Made by a program: the position numbers and the translations under genes. Source: a bacterium (GTDB taxonomy: Bacteria > Patescibacteriota > Minisyncoccia > JAHIHE01). From it: DNA of 64,000 nt. The DNA lies in the NCBI GenBank assembly GCA_030693205.1, contig JAUYBG010000019.1, positions 14,496 through 78,495 on the forward strand, in the 5' to 3' direction. The notes under the pieces were generated by a model. The model was not told where the DNA came from. It did no database searches and saw only the letters and a program-made list of their open reading frames with translations. This document shows positions 1 through 9,833 of this stretch, one piece after another; within the stretch, counting starts at the first letter, position 1, and each line of letters opens with the position of its first letter.

Positions 1-12
1 CTTACGGAGGCG

Positions 13-201
13 TTGATGCTGAGACATATCGGTGGATCAAAAGGCGCGGATGCGATTGAACAAGCCGTTAGAAAAGTTTTACAGGACGGCTGGCGCACTG
101 CTGATTTATTCAGAGAAGGCGTTGATGATCCGGCTAAACTGCTCGGTACAAAAGGCATGGGAGCGAAAGTTCAGGAATATCTAAATAAAGAGGAAGTATA
201 A
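13..201 (+). CDS. 3' end of isocitrate/isopropylmalate dehydrogenase family protein (partial, starts before window)
   Basis: C-terminal signature MLRHIG..ADAIEQAVRKVL..GWRTADL..GTKGMG typical of the LeuB/Icd family; followed by a hairpin and T-run at about 218-250. Confidence 0.75.
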   Translation: MMLRHIGGSKGADAIEQAVRKVLQDGWRTADLFREGVDDPAKLLGTKGMGAKVQEYLNKEEV

Positions 202-390
202 AAATATAAATAGTGTTGGCGCTATCAACGAAGATAACGCCTCTTTTTTTATTTAACAGTTTGGTATATCGGTATTCCGGTATTTAGTGGCTTTATAACA
301 GTAAATATGATATAATCGTAGCGATAAAAGGTTATTTTATATGTTTTTTTCGCTTTAACATTAGTGTTTTAATTATTGTCTATAAATAGT

Positions 391-1470
391 ATGGATTCAG
401 TAACTTTAGTTATTATAATATTTGGGATAACGATTTTAGCAATAGCTTATAAGACGTTTAAAAAACCGCAAGAGGATGAAAAGTCAGGAGCTGTAATGGA
501 AAGATTATCTCAACTTGCGGAACAAAATAGAGAGTTAAGGGGCGCCATTGACAGCAAGCTTTCTGAAACACATCGGGCTAATCAGGAGCATCTTCATCAG
601 ACCACAAATATTATTCAGAATATAACCGGACAATCCGCAAAATTAATTTCCGAAGTAACGGAAAAACTTACTAAGCTCGATGAAACCAATAAACAAGTAA
701 TTAATTTTTCCGCCCAGCTTCAAAATCTTCAGGATATATTAAAAAATCCCAAGCAAAGAGGAGTTCTGGGAGAATATTTTTTGGAAGAAACTCTCAAAAA
801 TATTTTACCCCCCAATTCTTATCAAATGCAATATCCTTTTAAGGACGGAACGATTGTCGATGCAGTTGTAAAGCTGAAAGACGGAATTGTTCCCATAGAT
901 TCAAAATTCTCTTTAGAAAATTATGAAAAAATTCTTTGCTCGCGGGATCAAAACGAAAAGGACAGGTTTGAAAAAGCGTTTAAACAGGATTTAAAAAATA
1001 GAATCGATGAAACATCAAAGTATATTAAGCCCGAAGAAGGCACAATGGACTTTGCTTTTATGTTCATACCATCCGAAGCGATTTATTACGATTTATTGGT
1101 AAATAAGATTGGAGCGGTGCAACTTAATACAAGAGATTTGATAGCGTATGCTTTTATAGAAAAACGGGTCATCATTGTTTCTCCTACGACTTTTTTTGCT
1201 TATCTTCAGACGGTTTTACACGGATTACGCGCCATGCAAATAGAAGAAAGCGCAAAAGGCATAAGAACCAATGTGGAAAAATTAGGCAAGCATCTCATTG
1301 CATACGATGAATTTATGAGGAAGCTTGGAACGAGCATGTCTACTTCCGTCAATCATTATAATAATGCGTATAAAGAATTCAAAAAAGTTGATAAAGATGT
1401 TGTAAAAATTACCGAAGGAGAATCACAAATTTCTCCAATAATGATAGATAAACCAAAGCTAGAAGAATAA
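391..1470 (+). CDS. rmuC: DNA recombination protein RmuC
   Basis: N-terminal TM and coiled coil, NPKQRGVLGE, VPIDSKF, DFAFMFIPSEAIY, IVSPTT motifs; ATG at 391 preferred over TTG at 376. Confidence 0.92.
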   Translation: MDSVTLVIIIFGITILAIAYKTFKKPQEDEKSGAVMERLSQLAEQNRELRGAIDSKLSETHRANQEHLHQTTNIIQNITGQSAKLISEVTEKLTKLDETNKQVINFSAQLQNLQDILKNPKQRGVLGEYFLEETLKNILPPNSYQMQYPFKDGTIVDAVVKLKDGIVPIDSKFSLENYEKILCSRDQNEKDRFEKAFKQDLKNRIDETSKYIKPEEGTMDFAFMFIPSEAIYYDLLVNKIGAVQLNTRDLIAYAFIEKRVIIVSPTTFFAYLQTVLHGLRAMQIEESAKGIRTNVEKLGKHLIAYDEFMRKLGTSMSTSVNHYNNAYKEFKKVDKDVVKITEGESQISPIMIDKPKLEE

Positions 1471-1473
1471 AGT

Positions 1474-1842
1474 ATGAGATTTGAATTGTCTTTTTTGCGC
1501 CATAAGCCTTTTCTGATAATTTCCGCGGCAACTATCTTGGTTAATCTCGTCGCTTGGATTTTTGTTTTGTTTTTTTTGGAAAAAGGAAAATTCAATATAA
1601 TTCTGCATTATAATGTTTTGTTTGGCGTGGATTTTAAGGGTAAGCCGGAGCAGGCATTTATTATTCCCTTGATAAGCTTGGTAATATTTTTTCTGAACGC
1701 GATAATCATCGAGTTTGTTTATAAAAAAGAAAAGTTTATCGCTTATCTTTTGCTTTCAACTTCATTGGTCTGCCAGATCTTTGCCGTAATAGCTATTTTT
1801 ACGATCATTTTAATAAATAGCAGCGGCGCATATCAATTTTAG
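1474..1842 (+). CDS. small 3-TM membrane protein (DUF1648-like)
   Basis: Three hydrophobic segments, ILHYNVLFGVD motif. Confidence 0.6.
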   Translation: MRFELSFLRHKPFLIISAATILVNLVAWIFVLFFLEKGKFNIILHYNVLFGVDFKGKPEQAFIIPLISLVIFFLNAIIIEFVYKKEKFIAYLLLSTSLVCQIFAVIAIFTIILINSSGAYQF

Positions 1843-1911
1843 CCGCCGATATTGAAAAAATGGATCATAAGCCGATTTAAATTATAAAATTTTATTAATG
1901 AAAAATTATGA

Positions 1912-1990
1912 AACCCGTTAGAAATAAGTAATTTATTATATTTTAACGATGTTTCCTTAATACTATGTCTTCAAAAATTTCTAACGGGTT
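1912..1990. repeat. palindromic miniature element (AACCCGTTAGAAAT...ATTTCTAACGGGTT) overlapping a gene start
   Basis: Perfect 14-bp terminal inverted repeats; related copies at 37184-37266 and 15766-15811. Confidence 0.8.
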
Positions 1991-3548
1991 GAACGCGCTT
2001 GATTTTCCCACACCGCGCACAACTAACGCGCACGATTTTTATCTTCAAAGATTTGGCGAGATTTTGCCCGGTTTTTTAACCTGGTCGACTTTTTTCATAG
2101 CTATTTTGGCGGCGATATATTATCCCGTGCACTTAGCGGTTTTTATGATCGTTTTCGATGTTTTTTGGCTGATCAAAGCTATATTTATTTCGATCCATCT
2201 GGTGGATGGATATACCAAACTAAAAGAAAATCTTAAAATAGATTGGTTTAGCCGCGTAAAAAAAATAAAAAATTGGGAAAAAATTTATCATGTCGTAATT
2301 TTTCCTGTCTATAAAGAAGGGCTGGAAATTATTCGTCCGTCAATCCAGTCGATAGTGGATTCTAATTATCCGAAAGACAAACTGATCGTGGTTTTAACTT
2401 TTGAAGAGCGTTCGGGGCACAAGCTGGTTAAAAAAAGAATCGAAGCGATGCAAAAAGAATTTTCCGATAAATTTTTTATTTTTTTGGTCACTGTTCATCC
2501 TGATGGCATATCCGGCGAAGCAAAAGTAAAAGGCGCTAATCTGACCTGGGCCGCTAAAAAAATCAAAAAAATAATCGATGAAAAGAAATTAAAATACGAG
2601 AATGTGGTAGTATCCACTCTTGATTGCGACAGCCGCGCCCACTCTCAGTATTTAGCGGCGCTATCTTATACTTACTTGAATAATCCCAATCCCACTCGTT
2701 CAAGTTATCAGCCGCTTCCGATGTTTTTTAATAATATTTGGGACACGACTTCGATTTCCCGGGTAATTATTACCGGTTCGGCTTTTTGGAATATGATCCA
2801 AGCTACTCGGCCGGAGCGCATAGTTACGTATACCAGTCATAGTATGAGTTTTAAAGCGGTTATCGACGTAAATTATTGGCCGGTAAATATGATTTCCGAT
2901 GATTCGATCATATTTTGGAAATGCTTTATTGTTTTTGAAGGTAAGTATGACATTAAGCCGATTTTTTTGCCTATCTATATGGATGCGGTTCAAGCCAAAA
3001 CCGCGTGGCTGACGCTTGTCAATCAGTATAAACAATATCGCCGGTGGGCGTATGGCGCGGAAAATACCGCAATAATTTTAAGAGGATTTCTTAAATATGA
3101 TAAAGTTCCTTTGAAGGAAAAAATTATCAGGATGTGGTCGGAAATTTACGGTAGGCATTCCTGGGCCACTTCTTCCGTGATGGTGGCGACATTCGGCTGG
3201 TTGCCGTTTATTTTCGGAGGGGATGTTTTTAAAAGTTCGGTTCTGGCTTCTAATTTGCCCGGCACACTAAGAACATTGATGTTTATAACAATGTTCGGCC
3301 TTTTTATTTCAGCTTTTCTCTCTGTTCTTGTTGTTCCGCCTAACCCGAAATTTAAAGGCAAGAAAGGTTATTTACGATTGATGCTGGAATGGATATTATT
3401 GCCAATCGTGGCTATTCCTATGGGGACATTGCCGGCGATCGATGCTCAGACGCGTCTGATGTTTGGAAAATATATGCAATTTTGGGTGACGCCGAAAATG
3501 AGAAAAGAGAGTGCCTCGAACGAAGCAATAATATTGGAAAATAAGTAA
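1965..3548 (+). CDS. membrane glycosyltransferase family 2 (cellulose synthase-like)
   Basis: VIFPVYKE, KVKGANL, LDCDS, ISDD, QYRRWAYG (QxxRW) motifs with N- and C-terminal TMs. Confidence 0.85.
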   Translation: MSSKISNGLNALDFPTPRTTNAHDFYLQRFGEILPGFLTWSTFFIAILAAIYYPVHLAVFMIVFDVFWLIKAIFISIHLVDGYTKLKENLKIDWFSRVKKIKNWEKIYHVVIFPVYKEGLEIIRPSIQSIVDSNYPKDKLIVVLTFEERSGHKLVKKRIEAMQKEFSDKFFIFLVTVHPDGISGEAKVKGANLTWAAKKIKKIIDEKKLKYENVVVSTLDCDSRAHSQYLAALSYTYLNNPNPTRSSYQPLPMFFNNIWDTTSISRVIITGSAFWNMIQATRPERIVTYTSHSMSFKAVIDVNYWPVNMISDDSIIFWKCFIVFEGKYDIKPIFLPIYMDAVQAKTAWLTLVNQYKQYRRWAYGAENTAIILRGFLKYDKVPLKEKIIRMWSEIYGRHSWATSSVMVATFGWLPFIFGGDVFKSSVLASNLPGTLRTLMFITMFGLFISAFLSVLVVPPNPKFKGKKGYLRLMLEWILLPIVAIPMGTLPAIDAQTRLMFGKYMQFWVTPKMRKESASNEAIILENK

Positions 3549-3591
3549 AAATTATAAATTAGCAATTAATTGAATTTTATAAACGCTCCAT

Positions 3592-4650
3592 ATGTTTTTT
3601 CTTTATTTTATTCCATTTATAGTCGGTTTTTTCTTGTCTTTATTTCTAACCTTATTTTTAATTAAAATATTTCCCAAACTCGGGATTTTTTTTCCGGCTG
3701 GCAAGCGGAATTTTTATAGCAATAACATTCCTCGGATCGGAGGCATCGCCATAATAGGCGCTTTTTTATCGGCCATTTTTTTTGTTGGCAATTTGGAATT
3801 TGATAATTTAAAATGGGGGATAGTGATCTCTTCCGTTGCAATACTTTTTTTTGGGTTTATTGACGATATTAAAAAATTATCGTGGAAAAAACAATTTTTT
3901 GCGCAAATAATTGTAGCATTGGTAATGATCTATATGGGTCTCACGGTTCAATATATCGCTAATCCGTTTGGCGGAGCGGAATTCAGGCTGGATAGCCTTG
4001 TATTGGGAATAGCCGGCCATCAATATTATTTTTTTAGCTCAATATTTATTTTATTTTTAGTAGTGGGGTTTATGAATATTGTTAATTGGCTCGACGGGCT
4101 CGACGGGCTCGCGGGAGGCGTGGGAATTATCGGATTTTTGACTTTATTTTTTTTAAGCATTTCAAGCCTGGTAGATCAGCCTCCGTTGGGAATAATTTCG
4201 ATAGCCGCCACTGGCGCGATTTTGGGTTTTTTGCCGTTTAATTTTTATCCGGCAAAAATATTTATGGGCACTAGCGGGTCGATGTTTATCGGATTTTTAT
4301 TGGCGGTAGTTTCGATTTTTAGCGGAGTTAAGCTCGCGACGGTGGCGCTGGTTTTGACCATTCCAATTCTAGATGCTATTTGGGTGATCGTTCGGCGCAT
4401 AAAAAACAGATCATCGATTTTTTCTGGAGACAAAACCCATCTTCATTATCGTTTATTGGAGCTTGGTTTTTCGCAAAAGAAAATCGTATTTTTTTATTAT
4501 AGCTTAAGTATTTTTTTCGGTTTTATCGCGCTTAAATTAGGCGGTTTGGGAAAATTTATCGCTTTTTTTATTTTTATTTCACTGGTTATATTATTTGTAA
4601 ATTTAGCCGAGAATCGTTTTAGTGTGAAACAAAATAAGAAAAATAGATAA
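3592..4650 (+). CDS. MraY/WecA-like polyprenyl-phosphate sugar-1-phosphate transferase (GT4)
   Basis: PRIGG, GFIDD, NWLDGLDGLAGG, FNFYPAKIFMG, HLHYRL motifs. Confidence 0.9.
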   Translation: MFFLYFIPFIVGFFLSLFLTLFLIKIFPKLGIFFPAGKRNFYSNNIPRIGGIAIIGAFLSAIFFVGNLEFDNLKWGIVISSVAILFFGFIDDIKKLSWKKQFFAQIIVALVMIYMGLTVQYIANPFGGAEFRLDSLVLGIAGHQYYFFSSIFILFLVVGFMNIVNWLDGLDGLAGGVGIIGFLTLFFLSISSLVDQPPLGIISIAATGAILGFLPFNFYPAKIFMGTSGSMFIGFLLAVVSIFSGVKLATVALVLTIPILDAIWVIVRRIKNRSSIFSGDKTHLHYRLLELGFSQKKIVFFYYSLSIFFGFIALKLGGLGKFIAFFIFISLVILFVNLAENRFSVKQNKKNR

Positions 4651-4728
4651 AGACAAATCATTCTTGAGCATATAAAAACAGCCCTGATTCGTTTGGACTG
4701 TTTTTTATAATTAGTTTCGGTATTTATT

Positions 4729-5982
4729 TTAGAGATTTATGCCGATTTTAGCCAGCCATAATCCCAAAATTATCATAACCGCTCCAATTAAAACTTTGAT
4801 CATTTTGCGGGTATCTTTGCGCAAGCTCTGAAGCCGGTTAATATCCAAGCCCCAGGCCGCGGCAAATAGGATTATTATGAGAGGCAGGACAAAAATAAAA
4901 TTATACAGAAGCAAGTAAAGATGAGCTTGGGTTTTTAATCCTTCCTGGCTCATTAAGCTAAGGATTGCCAAATAGACTTGTCCGGTGCAAGGCAGTTCGA
5001 CGAGCGAGACTATTACTCCCGCGATAAGAACCGCCGGAATAGTGCCCTTTTCAATGTATTTTATAAACAAGCTTTTGGTTTTTTCCGGTATGACCAGGAG
5101 TTGTTTCGTTTGAGGCAGCAGGCCTTCCTTGATGCTTATGAATCCGCCGATGATCGTCAGTCCGCCGAAGATAAGCATAAAAGGATTCGAGATCTTCAGA
5201 AAAAAATCATGAGCCATTAGGGACAGTATGCCGATTCCGGCCGCGTAATAGGTGGCAAAAACCGTGCCAATATAAAATAAGCCAACAGTAATAATTCTTT
5301 TTTTGTTTGCTTTCAGGATAAGCAAGACGGACAGCAGGAAGATCAATACGGCGATGGCGCAAGGATTGACCGAATCAATAACCGCCGTACTAATGATCAA
5401 GCCGAGAGAAATATTTTTTACCGTATCGTTTTTAGGCTTGGTGTCGGCCGGGTTTTCTATGCTGCAAAAATCTTCCGAATCGATCGCGCTGCAAGACCCC
5501 AGATCCGGATTATCCGTGGAGTGATTGCCTTTGGTCCAATCTTCCAAAAATTTGTGGCAATCCAGTTTTAGTTCTTCTTTGGCCGCGATCTTTTCATTGA
5601 TCTTGGATTCTAGTTTTTTTTCAATTTCATCAGCGCCCGACAGATAGTCATTTCCGATAAATATTAATGGAACTTTTGGATTTCCGGTTAAGCCGTAAGT
5701 TTCTATGAATTTAAAAAACAATTGTCGGCACTCTTCTTTTTCTTTGACGTCATGCTCCAGAAAATCAATCTTGTCTTTATATTTTTCTTTGATCGTTTCG
5801 ATGAAAGGCTTTATGCCGGCGCACCTGGGGCAATCATAAGCATAAAAATAAAGCACTCTGATCTTTTGCGTCTGAGTTAGCGACAGCACGTTTGTATTTT
5901 CCGCTTTCAGATCGTTCGTCGGGAATAAGATCGCGGCGGAAATTAGCGTTATAAGAAATAATTTTAAAACTTTTTTAAACAT
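4729..5982 (-). CDS. thioredoxin/glutaredoxin domain + cytochrome c biogenesis (CcdA/DsbD-like) transmembrane protein
   Basis: CPRC motif, DSVNPCAIA and ELPCTG TM cysteine motifs. Confidence 0.8.
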   Translation of the reverse strand: MFKKVLKLFLITLISAAILFPTNDLKAENTNVLSLTQTQKIRVLYFYAYDCPRCAGIKPFIETIKEKYKDKIDFLEHDVKEKEECRQLFFKFIETYGLTGNPKVPLIFIGNDYLSGADEIEKKLESKINEKIAAKEELKLDCHKFLEDWTKGNHSTDNPDLGSCSAIDSEDFCSIENPADTKPKNDTVKNISLGLIISTAVIDSVNPCAIAVLIFLLSVLLILKANKKRIITVGLFYIGTVFATYYAAGIGILSLMAHDFFLKISNPFMLIFGGLTIIGGFISIKEGLLPQTKQLLVIPEKTKSLFIKYIEKGTIPAVLIAGVIVSLVELPCTGQVYLAILSLMSQEGLKTQAHLYLLLYNFIFVLPLIIILFAAAWGLDINRLQSLRKDTRKMIKVLIGAVMIILGLWLAKIGINL

Positions 5983-6073
5983 AAATTTATATATTTTAGC
6001 ATTACGCAATGCTTATATAATAACAGAATGAGAATATTTGTAAACTGCGGCTGATGGATAGAAAAGCTTGATG

Positions 6074-6102
6074 TTGACATATATTTTTAAACAGGTTATA
6101 AT
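6074..6102 (+). promoter_or_regulatory. sigma70 promoter of orphan 6128
   Basis: TTGACA-17 bp-TATAAT consensus, then AAGGAGG before the ATG. Confidence 0.8.
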
Positions 6103-6127
6103 AGTGTTTCATTAAGGAGGTCAGTTT

Positions 6128-6454
6128 ATGGAAATAAAAACAGACCTAAATGTTAAGGGTCTCATAAAAGCTCTAAAAGAGCACGGAATAGTTGTGAGCA
6201 AAGGAAAAAATGGAATCGAAATCGATTCTAGTGGAGTTTTTTTGGAAGGAGTTCTTCCTCCCGGGGAAACCGGAAAAAGGAAACGAATTATTCGTTTCTT
6301 TGAAAGGGGGGATGAGTCTATAGACCCATCATTTTATGGTTTTATGGCTTACCTTGCAAAAAAAGGTCCAAAAATTATAATTCGACCTTTGCCTAAAAAA
6401 AACCCGGAGACCGTAAAAAGTCTCCTTCTTTTTGGTCAAGTGGCAACATTTTAA
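6128..6454 (+). CDS. hypothetical orphan protein
   Basis: ORF with its own consensus promoter and strong SD. Confidence 0.6.
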   Translation: MEIKTDLNVKGLIKALKEHGIVVSKGKNGIEIDSSGVFLEGVLPPGETGKRKRIIRFFERGDESIDPSFYGFMAYLAKKGPKIIIRPLPKKNPETVKSLLLFGQVATF

Positions 6455-6501
6455 TTAAAAATTTTAGACAAAATCATAAAATTAGCATAAGATATTATTA
6501 T

Positions 6502-9486
6502 ATGGATAAAATTATAATTAGAGGCGCCAGAGAGCATAATCTGAAAAATATTGACCTGGATCTGCCGCGGGACAAATTCATAGTTTTTACGGGCGTGTCC
6601 GGTTCGGGCAAGTCGACTTTGGCTATGGATACGATTTTCGCCGAAGGTCAGAGGCGGTATTTGGAAAGTTTGTCGAGCTATGCCCGCCAATTTTTAGGCC
6701 AGATGCAAAAACCGGATGTCGATCATATCGAAGGGCTTTCGCCGACGATCGCGATCGATCAAAAATCCGCTTCGCATAATCCGCGCTCCACTGTGGGGAC
6801 AGTGACGGAAATTTATGATTATATGAGGCTTTTATTCGCGCGGGTCGGCACGCCGTATTGCGTGCGCTGTGGACGCGCGATCACTAAACTAACGATCGAA
6901 GAAATGGTGGATAAGGTTTTCGAATTATCGGAAGGAACTGAAATTCAGATCTTCGCTCCGGTGGTACAAGAGCGAAAAGGCGAGTATCGCGAATTATTTC
7001 AAATGTTTATAGGGAGAGGTTTTACTAAAGCCAGAGTGGATGGAAAAATAATTGAGCTGAAAAAAACCCTGCCTGCCGGCCCGCTTCGCCATAGCTTTAG
7101 CGAGGCGAGTAGGCAGGCGCCGGTGCTTGAGCGGTATAAAATGCATACGATCGAAATTTTAATTGACGAGCTGAAAATTTCGCACGTGAATATCAGCCGG
7201 ATATTTGAGAGTATAGAAAGCGCGGTAAAAATGGCGGATGGCATTGCAGTGGTTTCGCCAGTTATGAAAGGCAAGATCCATAAAGCTACCCTTCGACACT
7301 CCGATAGTGAACGGAATGCTCAGGGCAAGAAAATGAAGGAAGATGGCGAATTGATATTTAATTCCAATCTTGCTTGCTCGCACTGTGATTTGAGTTTCCC
7401 GGATCTTGAGCCGCGGCTTTTTTCTTTTAACAGTCCTTTTGGCGCTTGTCCGGAATGCACGGGGCTCGGCGAGAAAAAAGAAATTGATATTAACCTGATC
7501 ATGCCGGATAAAGATAAGACGATTTTTGAAGGAGGCTTTTTGCCCTGGAGCTTTACGCCGAATAATTATTATGGCGCGATCATGAAAGCGGTTTCCGAGA
7601 TGTATGATATTCCGATCAATACCAGGATAAAAGATATACCGGAGGAAAAAATAAGCTTGATTTTTAATGGACCTGAAACGCCGGAAGATTTGAAAATAAA
7701 ATATTTTTTCCACGGGCGATCAAGGGTTTTTTATACTGAGTTCAAAGGCCTAATGAAACATTTGCGCGATAGGTACGCTCGCACAGAGAGCGAATCGGTG
7801 CGCGAGGAAATAGAAAAATATATGGCGATCTATCCGTGTCCGGTCTGCGGCGGCACGCGTCTGAAGCCGGAAGCCTTGAGCGTAAAGATCGGCGACAAGA
7901 ATATTTCCGAGGTTTCTTCCCAGTCGATTTATCTTACCCGCCGATTTTTTGATAAAATAACCCATTCGACAAGCTCAGGGTCAATGAAATTAAGCGCCCG
8001 GCAGGCGATAATCGCCAGGGATATTATCAAAGAGATAAAAAATCGTTTGAAATTCCTGGATGATGTGGGTTTGGGATATTTGACCCTGACGCGCGCGGCG
8101 ATGACCTTGGCAGGAGGCGAAGCGCAAAGGATCCGGCTGGCATCGCAATTGGGATCAGCCTTAGTCGGAGTGCTATATATTCTGGATGAGCCGTCGGTTG
8201 GTTTGCACGCCCGCGATCATTATAAATTGCTTGGAACGCTTAAGAGATTGCGGGATATCGGCAATACGGTCATTGTGATCGAGCATGACGAAGAAACTAT
8301 TCGCGAGGCGGATTGGATCGTGGATATCGGGCCCGGAGCCGGCGAAAACGGAGGGCGGGTCGTAGCGGAAGGCGCTTTTCAAGATGTTTTGAAATCCAAA
8401 GAGTCGCTTACCGCGCAATATTTGCGAGGCGCAAAAAGCATTTCTATTCCTGCCCAAAGGCGAAAAACCAAGAATCATTTTTTGACGATTACCGGCGCCA
8501 ATGAAAATAATCTGAAAAACGTAAAAGTCGAGATCCCCTTGGGCGTGTTTACGCTCGTGACCGGAGTTTCCGGCAGCGGGAAATCGACCTTGATAAACGA
8601 TATTCTTTATCGGGCGCTGGCGAGGAAATTTTATCGCGCGATGGAGCGGCCCGGAAAATACAAAGAATTGAAAGGCGATAACTATCTGGATAAAGTGATC
8701 GTGATCGATCAGTCGCCGATCGGACGCACGCCGAGATCAAATCCCGCGACTTATACCGGAGTTTTTACGCATATCAGAGAATTATTCGCATCGGTTAAGG
8801 AAGCAAAAGTGCGCGGATACGAGCCGGGCCGATTCAGTTTCAATGTCGTTGGCGGCCGGTGCGAGGCCTGCAAGGGCGAGGGTTATAATAAGATCGAGAT
8901 GCAATTTTTGCCGGATGTTTATATCGCCTGCGATATTTGCAAGGGCAAGCGCTATGGACGGGAAACGCTGGAAATAAAGTACAAGGGAAAAAATATTTCC
9001 GAAGTTTTGGCTTTGAGCATTGACGAGGCACTGGAATTTTTCAGAGATATTTTCCAGATCAAAGATACTTTGCAGGTGATCTCGGATGTCGGCTTAGGAT
9101 ATATCAAGCTTGGGCAATCAGCCACCACGCTTTCGGGCGGAGAAGCGCAAAGAGTAAAATTGGCGTCCGAACTGGCCAAACGCGCCACAGGCAAAACGCT
9201 TTATATTCTTGATGAACCCACTACCGGCTTGCATTTTGACGATATCAAAAAATTATTGAATGTCTTGCACCGCCTGGTTGATGGCGGGAATTCGGTTATC
9301 GTGATCGAGCATAATCTCGACGTGATCAAACAGGCGGATTGGATAATCGATATGGGGCCGGAAGGCGGCGAGCACGGCGGCCGGATCATTGCCCAGGGTC
9401 CGCCGGAAGAAATTATAAAATACAAAGAAAGCTATACAGGGCAGTTTCTTAAAAAAGCGTTGAGATCAACAAAGAACAATCTTTAA
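6502..9486 (+). CDS. uvrA: excinuclease ABC subunit A
   Basis: GAREHNLKN, two Walker A GVSGSGKS motifs, Zn fingers, LSGGEAQR; carries three short in-frame insertions. Confidence 0.98.
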   Translation: MDKIIIRGAREHNLKNIDLDLPRDKFIVFTGVSGSGKSTLAMDTIFAEGQRRYLESLSSYARQFLGQMQKPDVDHIEGLSPTIAIDQKSASHNPRSTVGTVTEIYDYMRLLFARVGTPYCVRCGRAITKLTIEEMVDKVFELSEGTEIQIFAPVVQERKGEYRELFQMFIGRGFTKARVDGKIIELKKTLPAGPLRHSFSEASRQAPVLERYKMHTIEILIDELKISHVNISRIFESIESAVKMADGIAVVSPVMKGKIHKATLRHSDSERNAQGKKMKEDGELIFNSNLACSHCDLSFPDLEPRLFSFNSPFGACPECTGLGEKKEIDINLIMPDKDKTIFEGGFLPWSFTPNNYYGAIMKAVSEMYDIPINTRIKDIPEEKISLIFNGPETPEDLKIKYFFHGRSRVFYTEFKGLMKHLRDRYARTESESVREEIEKYMAIYPCPVCGGTRLKPEALSVKIGDKNISEVSSQSIYLTRRFFDKITHSTSSGSMKLSARQAIIARDIIKEIKNRLKFLDDVGLGYLTLTRAAMTLAGGEAQRIRLASQLGSALVGVLYILDEPSVGLHARDHYKLLGTLKRLRDIGNTVIVIEHDEETIREADWIVDIGPGAGENGGRVVAEGAFQDVLKSKESLTAQYLRGAKSISIPAQRRKTKNHFLTITGANENNLKNVKVEIPLGVFTLVTGVSGSGKSTLINDILYRALARKFYRAMERPGKYKELKGDNYLDKVIVIDQSPIGRTPRSNPATYTGVFTHIRELFASVKEAKVRGYEPGRFSFNVVGGRCEACKGEGYNKIEMQFLPDVYIACDICKGKRYGRETLEIKYKGKNISEVLALSIDEALEFFRDIFQIKDTLQVISDVGLGYIKLGQSATTLSGGEAQRVKLASELAKRATGKTLYILDEPTTGLHFDDIKKLLNVLHRLVDGGNSVIVIEHNLDVIKQADWIIDMGPEGGEHGGRIIAQGPPEEIIKYKESYTGQFLKKALRSTKNNL

Positions 9487-9516
9487 AATAAAAAAATCCA
9501 TGTAAGAACATGGAAA

Positions 9517-9789
9517 TTAATAATTTTTGTTGTGGTGGTATTCTTTGTGGCGGTAGTATAACACGCCGTCTTTTATCTTAGCGTATAGCAATTTGTCTGA
9601 CCTTGATCTTTTGATCGCTTCCTCAATAACGGCCTTACTGTATATTTCTTTTTTATATACTTGGTACATTATGTCATAGAGTTCATCTATGCTGTACCAT
9701 TGGCCGTCAGGACACATGAAGTTGTCTAGCGAAAACATTGCCGTTTTTACTTCTTTTTCATATTGTTTACCTTTACTTTCTTTTGGCAT
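9517..9789 (-). CDS. hypothetical orphan (possible winged-helix)
   Basis: ORF with AAGGAGG SD and a TTGACA-17-TAGAGT promoter on the minus strand overlapping the uvrC start. Confidence 0.55.
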   Translation of the reverse strand: MPKESKGKQYEKEVKTAMFSLDNFMCPDGQWYSIDELYDIMYQVYKKEIYSKAVIEEAIKRSRSDKLLYAKIKDGVLYYRHKEYHHNKNY

Positions 9790-9833
9790 AAACCGCCTCC
9801 TTGATTTTTTAACTCTAGCAATTTATTATAAAA

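Noticed and set aside
6999-9425. Many 60-190 aa antisense and alternate-frame ORFs over uvrA (and likewise over other long genes)
   Set aside because: Shadow ORFs fully overlapping well-supported genes, with no motifs.
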